From Luteolibacter pohnpeiensis (lineage in GTDB: Bacteria > Verrucomicrobiota > Verrucomicrobiia > Verrucomicrobiales > Akkermansiaceae), in assembly GCF_016595435.1 (NCBI RefSeq), contig NZ_JAENIJ010000002.1, positions 84,545 to 148,544 of the forward strand: a stretch of DNA of 64,000 nucleotides, read 5' to 3'. A model generated the notes under the pieces. The model saw only the letters and a list, made by a program, of their open reading frames with translations, ran no database searches and was not told the origin of the DNA. Shown here one piece after another: positions 45,932 through 54,838 of this stretch (its first letter is position 1; each line of letters starts with the position of its first letter). The translations under genes and the position numbers were made by a program.

Positions 45932-46020
45932 TATCGACTTTTTCGTCGTCGACCTGGCAAATAACAAGCTATACTTCATGAATTTCAACACCTGAACACC
46001 ATCAAACTTACTTCGATTAC

Positions 46021-46485
46021 TCACCGGCACTCCGCCACGGCCATCGCGGCGATGCCTTCTTTCCGGCCAACAAACCCCATCATTTCGTTAGTCGTCGCCT
46101 TGATCCCCACGCGTTGAGGAGGGATGCCTAAGGCAGCACCAATTTTTTCGCGCATCGCCTCACGATGTGGCAGGACTTTGGGAGCTTCAGCGATGATGGT
46201 GGAATCGACATTGACGATGCTCAGGCCTTCCTGATCCGCCACTTCGCGGCATTTCTCCAGAATTTTCAACGAGCAGATGTCCTTGCAGGCCGGATCGCCC
46301 GGCGGAAAGAAGAAACCGATATCCGGCTGGCCAAGCGCGCCCAGAACCGCATCCGCAATCGCATGGCAAAGCACATCCGCGTCCGAATGGCCATCCAGAC
46401 CATGGGTGTGCGGGATTGTCACTCCACCCAAAACGAGCGGTCTGCCTTCCTTAAAACGATGAACGTCGTAGCCGATTCCAGTCAT
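46021..46485 (-). CDS. ispF: 2-C-methyl-D-erythritol 2,4-cyclodiphosphate synthase.
   Basis: GIGYDVHRF, HSDADV and other IspF motifs. Confidence 0.9.
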   Translation of the reverse strand: MTGIGYDVHRFKEGRPLVLGGVTIPHTHGLDGHSDADVLCHAIADAVLGALGQPDIGFFFPPGDPACKDICSLKILEKCREVADQEGLSIVNVDSTIIAEAPKVLPHREAMREKIGAALGIPPQRVGIKATTNEMMGFVGRKEGIAAMAVAECR

Positions 46486-46508
46486 GTGAATGGGATTCTA
46501 ACAGAAAC

Positions 46509-47258
46509 TTAGAGGATCTTCTCGATTGGAATCTTGCCGTTGGTCGCGACAATTGCCCAGGCATCCTGATGGTTTTCGGCTGGAGTCAACTCGACCTTGC
46601 CACCCGCGGTTTCCACCAACAATTGGCCGGCCGCGATATCCCACAGGGAAATTCTGGATTCGACGTAAGCGTCCAATCTGCCGCTGGCGATGTAGGCCAT
46701 GCCGAGTGCAGCCGATCCCATCATGCGCATCTTGCGAGCCTGGAGCGAGGCGCGACGGAAGCGCTCGATTCCTGTTCGCAACGCTTCTTCGTCCTTGCCG
46801 CAACCGACGAACAAAACGGACTCCGCCAGGTCCGTACGCGGACTGACCTGAATCGGCTCTCCATTCAACAAAGCGGGGCCACCTTTTTCGACAGTCCAGG
46901 TTTCGCCCACCATCGGGTCATGAATCACACCCACGGTGATTTCACCTGCCACTCGCAAGGCGATCGAAACGCAAAAGTGAGGAATGCCGTAGAAGTAATT
47001 CACCGTGCCATCGATCGGATCGACGATCCATTCGCGTTCGGAATCCGGATTTCCGGCCAATCCTTCCTCGCCGTAAAGTGCATCGGACGGACGCGCATCG
47101 AGCAAAATTTTCGTGATCAAATCCTGCGACTCCTTGTCCAGCGCCAGCTTGATATCGTGGTGCATCGCTTCATCAACTGCAGCTTCCTTGCCGAAGTTCG
47201 CGCGTAAAAGTTTTCCTGCTTCGTGTGCGGCGAAGGTCGCCAATTCCAGATCGCTCAT
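46509..47258 (-). CDS. suhB: Inositol monophosphatase family protein (SuhB-like).
   Basis: WIVDPIDGT and EEG motifs. Confidence 0.85.
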   Translation of the reverse strand: MSDLELATFAAHEAGKLLRANFGKEAAVDEAMHHDIKLALDKESQDLITKILLDARPSDALYGEEGLAGNPDSEREWIVDPIDGTVNYFYGIPHFCVSIALRVAGEITVGVIHDPMVGETWTVEKGGPALLNGEPIQVSPRTDLAESVLFVGCGKDEEALRTGIERFRRASLQARKMRMMGSAALGMAYIASGRLDAYVESRISLWDIAAGQLLVETAGGKVELTPAENHQDAWAIVATNGKIPIEKIL

Positions 47259-47262
47259 GATG

Positions 47263-47964
47263 TCAGTGGTTGGATGAAGTTGAAATTTTTGTTAGATGAA
47301 GGTCGAGAATGGTTTCCACCAGATCCTTGGCGAGTTCGGATTTCGGAGCATGAGGCAATTCCAGGGTTCGGTCCGGGAAGCAAAGGGTGACTTCATTGCC
47401 GTGGCTATCAAATCCCCTGCCCTCTTCCGAAACGTCATTGGCGACCACCAGATCGCAGCCCTTTCCGGTCAGTTTGCGGCGGGCGTTGGCTTCAAGATTT
47501 TCCGTTTCGGCAGCAAAGCCAACCAAAGTCCCGGCGAAGCCGAACTCACCGCGCGCGGAGCCGAGGATGTCCTTGGTTTTCACCAACTCAAGCATCAGGG
47601 AATCGCCCTCTTTTTTGATTTTTTGCGGCGCCACCTTTGCCGGCGTGTAATCCGCGACCGCCGCGACAAAAACGGCGATGTCCATGCGCTTGAGATGATG
47701 CCCCACCACCTCGTGCATTTCAGCAGCCGTGGTGACGGGAACAAAGTCCACGTAGTCAGGAACGTCCAGCGAAGTCGGGCCTGAAACCAGCAACACGGTG
47801 TGCCCCGCCTTGGCAAAGGCTTCAGCGACGGCATAGCCCATTTTACCCGAAGATCGGTTCGTTAAAAAACGGACAGGATCGATGGGTTCGCGTGTGGGGC
47901 CGGCGGTGACGAGAACGTTCACGCCGCCAGTCTGGACAGCTGCCGCCGCGTGGCAAGCGGACAA
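47263..47964 (-). CDS. coaB: Phosphopantothenate-cysteine ligase (stand-alone CoaB domain).
   Basis: VLVTAGPTREPIDPVRFLTNRSSGKMG motif. At 233 aa it lacks the CoaC decarboxylase half. Confidence 0.8.
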   Translation of the reverse strand: MSACHAAAAVQTGGVNVLVTAGPTREPIDPVRFLTNRSSGKMGYAVAEAFAKAGHTVLLVSGPTSLDVPDYVDFVPVTTAAEMHEVVGHHLKRMDIAVFVAAVADYTPAKVAPQKIKKEGDSLMLELVKTKDILGSARGEFGFAGTLVGFAAETENLEANARRKLTGKGCDLVVANDVSEEGRGFDSHGNEVTLCFPDRTLELPHAPKSELAKDLVETILDLHLTKISTSSNH

Positions 47965-47992
47965 ATGCCCGGGATCCGCGCTTCTTCGGAAA

Positions 47993-48865
47993 TCACGATC
48001 GCAAATCGGCTTTTAACAATTTCAAAAATGCCAGCAGCGCCGGATTCCGATCGGCCTTATTCCAGGCTGCAGCAACCGACCAGGCCGCGTTTTTTTCCCG
48101 CAAACGATGGAAACGAACCCCCTCAATGCGATGATTCCAAAACGATTGCGGAATCATCGCCACCCCCAGCCCCGCTTGCACCAGCGCCACCGCAGTCATG
48201 AATTCCGGGACCGATTGCACAATTTTCGGGTGAAACCCGTGCCTGGCGCAAAGCTGCAAGGTGTGCCGATGAAATGCCGGTGATCGATCTTCTGAAATCG
48301 TCACAAATGGCTGATCCCGGCAATCCGCCAAGGTTGCCTTCTCCGGCAGCGGCGAAGCGGAGGAAGAAATGAAGGCCATCCGATCTTTCACCGCCGCGAT
48401 CGACTGGAGCGACGCCGGGACTGGAGCGCGTAGAAATCCGAGGTCCAGCTCACGGGCCTCCAAAGCGCTCACCTGCTCTGCAGTCGACATGTCGCGCAAA
48501 CTCACCTCGATCCCGGGCGCGATCTCACGCAGCCGGACGATCAACTTCGGAACCAGTTCAAATGTATGAAATCCGAACCCAAGCCTCAGTTGCCCGACCT
48601 CACCACGCGCGACCATGCTGCCGCGCTGCAAAAGCCGATCAAAACCCAGCAGCATCGCCCGCACCTCCGGCAGGAATTGCATTCCGGTCGCGCTGAGAAC
48701 GGTCCGATGTTTCCCACGCTCAAACAACTCACCACCCAGCTCATCCTCCAACTTGCGGATTTGCTTGGTCAATGCCGGTTGGCTGAGATTCAGCAGATTC
48801 GCAGCACGCCCGAAATGAAGTTGTTCAGCCAGAACGACAAAAGATTTCAGTTCGCGAATCTCCAT
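47993..48865 (-). CDS. LysR-family transcriptional regulator.
   Basis: N-terminal HTH (FGRAANLLNLSQPALTKQIRKLEDELG) plus a substrate-binding domain. Confidence 0.85.
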   Translation of the reverse strand: MEIRELKSFVVLAEQLHFGRAANLLNLSQPALTKQIRKLEDELGGELFERGKHRTVLSATGMQFLPEVRAMLLGFDRLLQRGSMVARGEVGQLRLGFGFHTFELVPKLIVRLREIAPGIEVSLRDMSTAEQVSALEARELDLGFLRAPVPASLQSIAAVKDRMAFISSSASPLPEKATLADCRDQPFVTISEDRSPAFHRHTLQLCARHGFHPKIVQSVPEFMTAVALVQAGLGVAMIPQSFWNHRIEGVRFHRLREKNAAWSVAAAWNKADRNPALLAFLKLLKADLRS

Positions 48866-48935
48866 AACCTCAGGTTATCACCATCATGAAATCTTACCAT
48901 TAGAAGAATTCCCGAATTTCCCGGATAGTCCGGGT

Positions 48936-50117
48936 GTGGACACGAATCACACGATCACCCTCTCTGCGGCGGATCATCGGAAATCCCGATTGTCAGCCTG
49001 TGCCTATTTTCTCATCGACGGCATGATCTTCGGAACTTGGGCCACCTTGATTCCGTCTTTCAAAGCAAAATTCCAACTCGATGAAGGCCAGCTCGGTATC
49101 GCGTTATTTGGAATGGTGATTGGCGCGTTAATTTCGATGCCGCTGGTCGGCCAAGTGATTTCCCGCCGTGGCAGCCGTCCGGTTTTGCTCTGCCTGGCAC
49201 CGGCGTTCTGCGTTGCACTCGTCACGCTCGCACTGGCTCCCGCGTTTGTCTGGTTAGTCACGGCGGCCTTGCTCTTCGGTGCAGTGAAGGGCGCTTTCGA
49301 TGTAACCATCAACTCGCAAGCGATCGCCGTCGAAAATGCCGGCACCAAGCCAATCATGGCAACGTTTCAGGCACTTTGGAGCAGCGGCGGTCTGATTGCC
49401 GCGCTGTTCGCCAGCATGGCCTTGAAGCAAGGCGTTTCGCCTTTGGTGATCGCATCAACCGTCGCGATTTCCCTCGCCTGCCTTGCCATGATCGCCGCAG
49501 GAAATCTGATCAGCGGTGATGCCACCCACAGCGATTCACCTGAAAAACAAAGCGGCTTTAAATTGCCAAATCAGCGGTTGATTCGCATCGGCGTGCTCGC
49601 CTGCATGGCCTTGTTTGCGGAAGGCGTCATGATGGATTGGAGCGCGGTTTATACCAAAAGCGTCGCAGGCGCAGCCGATTGGTTAGCACCGGTGGCTTAC
49701 GGAGTTTTCTCCTTATCCATGGCGGGAGGTCGTCTCTCAGGCGATTACTTCACGGCGAAACTTGGCCCCGTCGGCGTGCTGAAAGTAAGTGGCACCCTCA
49801 CCACCATCGGCCTGCTGATCATCGTTCTCGTCCAATTCTGGCCTGCCACTTTCGTGGGGCTCCTGTTCTCTGGAGTCGGGCTTTCCAATCTCGTGCCCGT
49901 GCTGTTCGGTGCCGGTGGTCGCGCCCACGAAGGCGGCGCAGGCAAAGGCATCGCCGCCGTTTCCATGATGGGTTACCTAGGATTCCTCGCCGGGCCGCCA
50001 CTCATCGGCGGGTTAAGTCACCTGATCGGGCTTCCTGGAGCATTTTCACTGGTGGTGATTTTCGCGCTTTTCATCGCCATCCGTGGTGGAGCGATGCTGC
50101 GGCCCGTTCCAAATTGA
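48936..50117 (+). CDS. MFS transporter.
   Basis: 12 predicted TM helices. Divergent from the LysR gene. Confidence 0.8.
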   Translation: MDTNHTITLSAADHRKSRLSACAYFLIDGMIFGTWATLIPSFKAKFQLDEGQLGIALFGMVIGALISMPLVGQVISRRGSRPVLLCLAPAFCVALVTLALAPAFVWLVTAALLFGAVKGAFDVTINSQAIAVENAGTKPIMATFQALWSSGGLIAALFASMALKQGVSPLVIASTVAISLACLAMIAAGNLISGDATHSDSPEKQSGFKLPNQRLIRIGVLACMALFAEGVMMDWSAVYTKSVAGAADWLAPVAYGVFSLSMAGGRLSGDYFTAKLGPVGVLKVSGTLTTIGLLIIVLVQFWPATFVGLLFSGVGLSNLVPVLFGAGGRAHEGGAGKGIAAVSMMGYLGFLAGPPLIGGLSHLIGLPGAFSLVVIFALFIAIRGGAMLRPVPN

Positions 50118-50179
50118 TTCAGGAATTGGGTTTGCGACCCGGGTGATTTCATCGAAATTCGATCAACCACTTCGACCTC

Positions 50180-50608
50180 ATGAACATCGCCATCGGATCT
50201 GACCACGCGGGCTACACCTACAAACAGGAAATCATCTCCTACCTGCGCAGCGCAGGCCACCAGGTCACGGATTTCGGCACCGATTCCACCGATGCGGTGG
50301 ATTATCCGAAATTCATTCGTCCCGTTGCTGAAGCCGTTGCCGCAGGAAAATTCGATCGCGGCATCGTCCTTGGCGGTTCCGGCAATGGCGAGGCGATCGC
50401 GGCCAATCGCGTTCGCGGCATCCGCTGTGGCCTCTGCTGGAACACCGAGTCCGCGCGCCTCACCCGCCTGCATAACGACGCAAACGTGCTGTCGCTGGGC
50501 GAACGGATGATGGATTTGGAAACCGCGCTTTCCATCGTCGATGTCTTCCTTGCCACTGCCTTTGAAGGCGGCCGCCATCTTGCGCGAATTCGGGAACTGG
50601 ACGAGTGA
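50180..50608 (+). CDS. rpiB: Ribose-5-phosphate isomerase B.
   Basis: MNIAIGSDHAGY, GSGNGEAIAANR and the catalytic Cys region. Confidence 0.9.
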   Translation: MNIAIGSDHAGYTYKQEIISYLRSAGHQVTDFGTDSTDAVDYPKFIRPVAEAVAAGKFDRGIVLGGSGNGEAIAANRVRGIRCGLCWNTESARLTRLHNDANVLSLGERMMDLETALSIVDVFLATAFEGGRHLARIRELDE

Positions 50609-50689
50609 AGCCAGTCAGCAAGCGCTTGGATTTTAATTGCAAACATCATAAGCCCTGATAGCACATGGTGAATTCCAAATTCGGATTCC

Positions 50690-51907
50690 ATGAGCCATCG
50701 CCTGCAATTGAGCCGCTTTGCGTTGTTGGTGATTTTTGCTACAGGTCTGGGAATCGGACTCATCACCGGTTGGATCTCTCACGGCAAATCCTCAACTTCG
50801 GAGATTTCAACATCACTTCCACCCCCCAACTGGCGCAGCAACGATCGAGCTCGTTCTGAAGATCATCCGGCTCGATCAAGCCGTCCAAATGCTATTCGCC
50901 ATGGCGGTGCCGAGCTACAATCCGGTCCTGCCGTCGAGACTGCCTATCGGAATATCCTTCAAAACAATCTGGAAGATGAGCGACTGGAGGGTTTCAAGGT
51001 ATTGCTCACAACCACTTCCCCGAAAGATTTTCCGCAGATCGTTTCATTAATCCGGGAAATGGATGAACGTGGAACCGGAAACGGCAACGAATGGTCAGCG
51101 CTGTGGGCGGAATGGGGCCGACGCGATCCTCTCTCGGCGATCGATTTCATGCGCTCGATGGATTGGAGCGAATGGAACCACACCGCTCCCGAGCAAGCGA
51201 TCAACCAGACGATGATTTATTGGGCGGATACAGATCTCGATGGCGCGTTGCGACATTTCGAAACGGTCGATCTGCCACAAGGTAGAGAAGAAGGCCTCTA
51301 CGGGTTGGTGCGGGGCTGGGCAGCGCACGATCCCGATGCAGCAGCAACATGGCTTTTTAAAACCGGCCTCGGGGTGGACGGAGAATACGGAGCATTGGTG
51401 GAAGCAATGAGCCGAACCGAAGGCGTGCAAGCGACGACGGAGTGGTTTGAAAAAATCGTCAGCTCGGGTGCCCCGCAAAAAGATATCGACGGACTTGCGA
51501 TCAAAGTCATTGGCAGCCTTGTGAATCAAGACCCGCAGCAAGCCGCAGGATTGATTGAGCGCAATACGACCTTGGATTGGGCACAGAATAAGAAATTGAT
51601 CCAAGCCACAGCTCAAGAATACGCCTCGGCAGATCCCGTAGACGCTATGGATTGGGCGGAACGCATCAAATCCGGCACCGCCAAGCAGCAAGTCCTGAAC
51701 ACCTGGGCCGTTCGAGATACTTCTGCTGCCATTGAATGGCTGGATCAACACCAGCAAAGCACCGAGCACACAAACCTCGCATTCAATTTGGCCTATCAAC
51801 TGATTAACATCGATCTCGGCTCTGCACGGAAAGTTGCGCTTTCGATCCAGGATTCGAAGGCGCGTGATAACCTGTTAGGGGTGATCGCCACTAAAGAACA
51901 TCACTGA
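50690..51907 (+). CDS. Membrane-anchored repeat protein (HEAT/TPR-like helical repeats), function unknown.
   Basis: N-terminal TM helix followed by W/A/D-rich helical repeats. Confidence 0.5.
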   Translation: MSHRLQLSRFALLVIFATGLGIGLITGWISHGKSSTSEISTSLPPPNWRSNDRARSEDHPARSSRPNAIRHGGAELQSGPAVETAYRNILQNNLEDERLEGFKVLLTTTSPKDFPQIVSLIREMDERGTGNGNEWSALWAEWGRRDPLSAIDFMRSMDWSEWNHTAPEQAINQTMIYWADTDLDGALRHFETVDLPQGREEGLYGLVRGWAAHDPDAAATWLFKTGLGVDGEYGALVEAMSRTEGVQATTEWFEKIVSSGAPQKDIDGLAIKVIGSLVNQDPQQAAGLIERNTTLDWAQNKKLIQATAQEYASADPVDAMDWAERIKSGTAKQQVLNTWAVRDTSAAIEWLDQHQQSTEHTNLAFNLAYQLINIDLGSARKVALSIQDSKARDNLLGVIATKEHH

Positions 51908-51969
51908 CGCTACAAACAAGCGCCGATCTTCCCCTTGCTGGCAACGCTCATTCAATTAATCTCGGGAGC

Positions 51970-52971
51970 GTGATTCAAAGTTTTATAAACAAATTATCAT
52001 CCAAACCGCCCCGGCAGAGATTTTCCATTGTCGTGAAGTTGATAGTCACGGCCATCGCCCTTATCCTTTTCCTAGTCGGATCACTCAGCTCTTTCTACAG
52101 CGTCCCTATGGAATCGGAAGCAGTTGTGCTGCGCTTTGGAAAGTTCCACAGCATCGCACCACCGGGGCTGCACTATAAGCTGCCTTATGGGATCGATGAA
52201 ACCATTATGGTGCCAGTGCGGCGGCAACTAAAACTTGAATTTGGGTTCACCACACCAAACGCGACCAATCCCTATCAATCCAGTCAGGAACCCAAACTCG
52301 AACGGGACATGGTCACGGGAGACCTGAATGCAGTTCAAGTGGAATGGATTGTCCAATATACAATCGCTGATCCCCGCAAATATCTCTTCAACCTGCGCGA
52401 CCCCGCCGCCACACTGCGCGATCTAACAGAAAGCGTGATGACAGAAATCATCGGCGACCGGACCGTCGATGAGGTGCTGACATTTGGCCGCACCGAAATT
52501 GAGGTCGAGGCACTCACCCGATTGCAACAGCAACTCAACTTGTTAGATATCGGTATCCGTGCTGATCAGATTCAACTGAAAAACGTCCATCCTCCGGGAC
52601 CGGTGCAGAGCTCATTCGACGAAGTGAACCGCGCCCAACAGGAACGGGAACAGATGATCAATGAAGCAAATGGCCAATACAATCGTGTCATTCCAAAAGC
52701 GCGAGGCCTGGCCGATCAACGGATTTCCGCAGCCGAAGGATATGCGGTCCAGCGGGTCAACGAAGCTGAAGGCGATGTTGCCCGATTCAAGGAATTGCTC
52801 ACCCAATACGAAAAGGCTCCGGCGATCACCCGCCAGCGGCTGTATCTCGAAACCATGAATGAAGTGCTGCCGAAAATGGGCGGAAAAATCATTCTCGATG
52901 AAGATGCCAAACAATTTCTCCCACTGATGAACCTGAATTCATCATCAGTCCCAGCTTCTAACAAAAACTAA
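51970..52971 (+). CDS. hflK: FtsH protease modulator HflK (SPFH).
   Basis: TM helix, then VVLRFGKFHSIAPPGLHYKLPYGIDE and the SPFH core. Confidence 0.85.
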   Translation: MIQSFINKLSSKPPRQRFSIVVKLIVTAIALILFLVGSLSSFYSVPMESEAVVLRFGKFHSIAPPGLHYKLPYGIDETIMVPVRRQLKLEFGFTTPNATNPYQSSQEPKLERDMVTGDLNAVQVEWIVQYTIADPRKYLFNLRDPAATLRDLTESVMTEIIGDRTVDEVLTFGRTEIEVEALTRLQQQLNLLDIGIRADQIQLKNVHPPGPVQSSFDEVNRAQQEREQMINEANGQYNRVIPKARGLADQRISAAEGYAVQRVNEAEGDVARFKELLTQYEKAPAITRQRLYLETMNEVLPKMGGKIILDEDAKQFLPLMNLNSSSVPASNKN

Positions 52972-52984
52972 TTTCCCAGGACTC

Positions 52985-53962
52985 ATGAAAACCATACTCG
53001 CATTCGTGTTCGGGCTCTTCGTGCTCCTTTTCATCGTATCGACGTGCACCTACACCGTTTCACCGACCGAACAGGCATTCATCACTGAATTCGGCAAACC
53101 GGTTGGCAAGCCGATCAATTCAGACCCGAACCATGATGAAGCTGGAATTCACTTCAAAAAACCATTCATCCAAAAGGTAAACCGCATCGAGAAGCGCATC
53201 CTCCAATGGGACGGCCCTGCGACCGAAATGCCCACCCGGGACAAGCTCTATATCTCCGTCGATAACTTCGCCCGCTGGCGCATCGTTGATCCAATCGCTT
53301 ATTATGAACAACTGCGCGACGAACGCAGCGCGCTGTCACGTCTTGATGACATCATCGGCGGCGAAACCCGGAATGCGATTGCTTCCCATGATTTGATCGA
53401 AGTCGTCCGCAGTCGGAAAGACCGCCAACCCGTCCGCGATGAGTCGTTGACCGGGGCCGATTCAACACTCGGAACCTTGCCGCCAATCCAATATGGCCGC
53501 GCGGTCATCGACGAACAAATTCTCAAGGCCGCGCAATCCAAGGTATCGGCCTGGGGCATCGAGATCATTGATGTCCGGTTCAAGCGGATCAACTACAAGT
53601 CCGGCGTCATCGAGAAGATCTATGCTCGCATGGCATCCGAGCGGCTCCAAATCGCAGAGAGATTCCGCTCCGAAGGTGCCGGAGCCGCTGCAAAAATCAT
53701 CGGCCGCAAAGATCGGGATCTCCTTTCGATACAATCGGAGGCTTATCGGAAAGAACAAGAGATCAAAGGCAAAGCGGATGCCCAAGCGACCGGGATTTAC
53801 GCCAGTGCCTACAACACCAGCCCAACAGCGGCAGATTTCTATCAGTTCAATAAAACTCTCGATACCTACCGCATGACTCTCGGGAAGGATAGCACTGCGA
53901 TCTTTACCACCAATAGTGATCTGTTCCATCTCATGAAACGGATCGATCCTGACAAACGATAA
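52985..53962 (+). CDS. hflC: FtsH protease modulator HflC (SPFH).
   Basis: TM helix, TVSPTEQAFITEFGKP...GIHFKKPFIQKV, and a C-terminal coiled coil. Confidence 0.85.
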   Translation: MKTILAFVFGLFVLLFIVSTCTYTVSPTEQAFITEFGKPVGKPINSDPNHDEAGIHFKKPFIQKVNRIEKRILQWDGPATEMPTRDKLYISVDNFARWRIVDPIAYYEQLRDERSALSRLDDIIGGETRNAIASHDLIEVVRSRKDRQPVRDESLTGADSTLGTLPPIQYGRAVIDEQILKAAQSKVSAWGIEIIDVRFKRINYKSGVIEKIYARMASERLQIAERFRSEGAGAAAKIIGRKDRDLLSIQSEAYRKEQEIKGKADAQATGIYASAYNTSPTAADFYQFNKTLDTYRMTLGKDSTAIFTTNSDLFHLMKRIDPDKR

Positions 53963-54025
53963 CGACCTTCGTCCCTTTGCTTGTTAGACGTGCACCGTTG
54001 CCATCCGCATGTCTTCGAGCGAAAT

Positions 54026-54061
54026 CCGCCATCGACCTCACATCCTGTAGGTCGATGGCGG
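54026..54061. terminator. Bidirectional stem-loop terminator between convergent hflC and the SDR gene.
   Basis: Perfect 13-bp inverted repeat CCGCCATCGACCT, 10-nt loop, AGGTCGATGGCGG. Confidence 0.5.
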
Positions 54062-54088
54062 AGCATTTAACGATTTTGAAAGAGGCAA

Positions 54089-54838
54089 TTACCTCCAACC
54101 ACCAGCCGCTGCCAGAACCTGTCCATTGACCCAACCTGAGGCGTCGGATGCAAGAAACACAGCCGCTTTGCCGATGTCATCGGGCTGGCCGATACGACCC
54201 AGCGGAGTCCGCGCGATGATCGCTTCTTTCAAATCGGACTCAATGATCCCTGTGGCATGCGTCCCTTCGGTTTCCACCATCCCTGGATTCAACGAATTCA
54301 CACGAATCCCTTTGGGGCCAAGCTCCTGGGACAGCGATTGAGTGATGGCATCCACTGCGGCTTTGGTTGCACTATAAACCGACGCTCCAGGCATCGGCGA
54401 AAATGCGACGACCGAACTGACGTTGATGATATTTCCGCCATTTTCACCGAAGTACTCCACGGCTTTTTGCGAAGTCAGAAGAAGCCCCAAGACATTCAAA
54501 TTGAATTGCGCGTGGAAATGCTCATCGGTGATTCCCTCCAGCGGAGAAAACTGATAGATGCCGGCATTGTTGACGAGGATATCCAGCTTTCCGAATGCTG
54601 ACTTAGATTCCTCAAACAGGCGATTGATATCCGACTGCTTGGAGACATCTCCTTGCACTGCGATGGCTTTGCCCCCCGCAGCGGTGATTTCTGAAACGAC
54701 TTTCTCCGCACCTTGTTTACTAGATGCATAGTTGACCACAACCGACGCACCCGCAGCAGCAAGATGCTTGGCGATACCCGCACCGATGCCTTTTGATGCT
54801 CCGGTGACGATTGCAACTTTTCCAGTGAGTTGATTCAT
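54089..54838 (-). CDS. SDR-family oxidoreductase (FabG-like).
   Basis: TGASKGIGAGIA, NNAG and YSATKAA motifs. Confidence 0.85.
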   Translation of the reverse strand: MNQLTGKVAIVTGASKGIGAGIAKHLAAAGASVVVNYASSKQGAEKVVSEITAAGGKAIAVQGDVSKQSDINRLFEESKSAFGKLDILVNNAGIYQFSPLEGITDEHFHAQFNLNVLGLLLTSQKAVEYFGENGGNIINVSSVVAFSPMPGASVYSATKAAVDAITQSLSQELGPKGIRVNSLNPGMVETEGTHATGIIESDLKEAIIARTPLGRIGQPDDIGKAAVFLASDASGWVNGQVLAAAGGWR

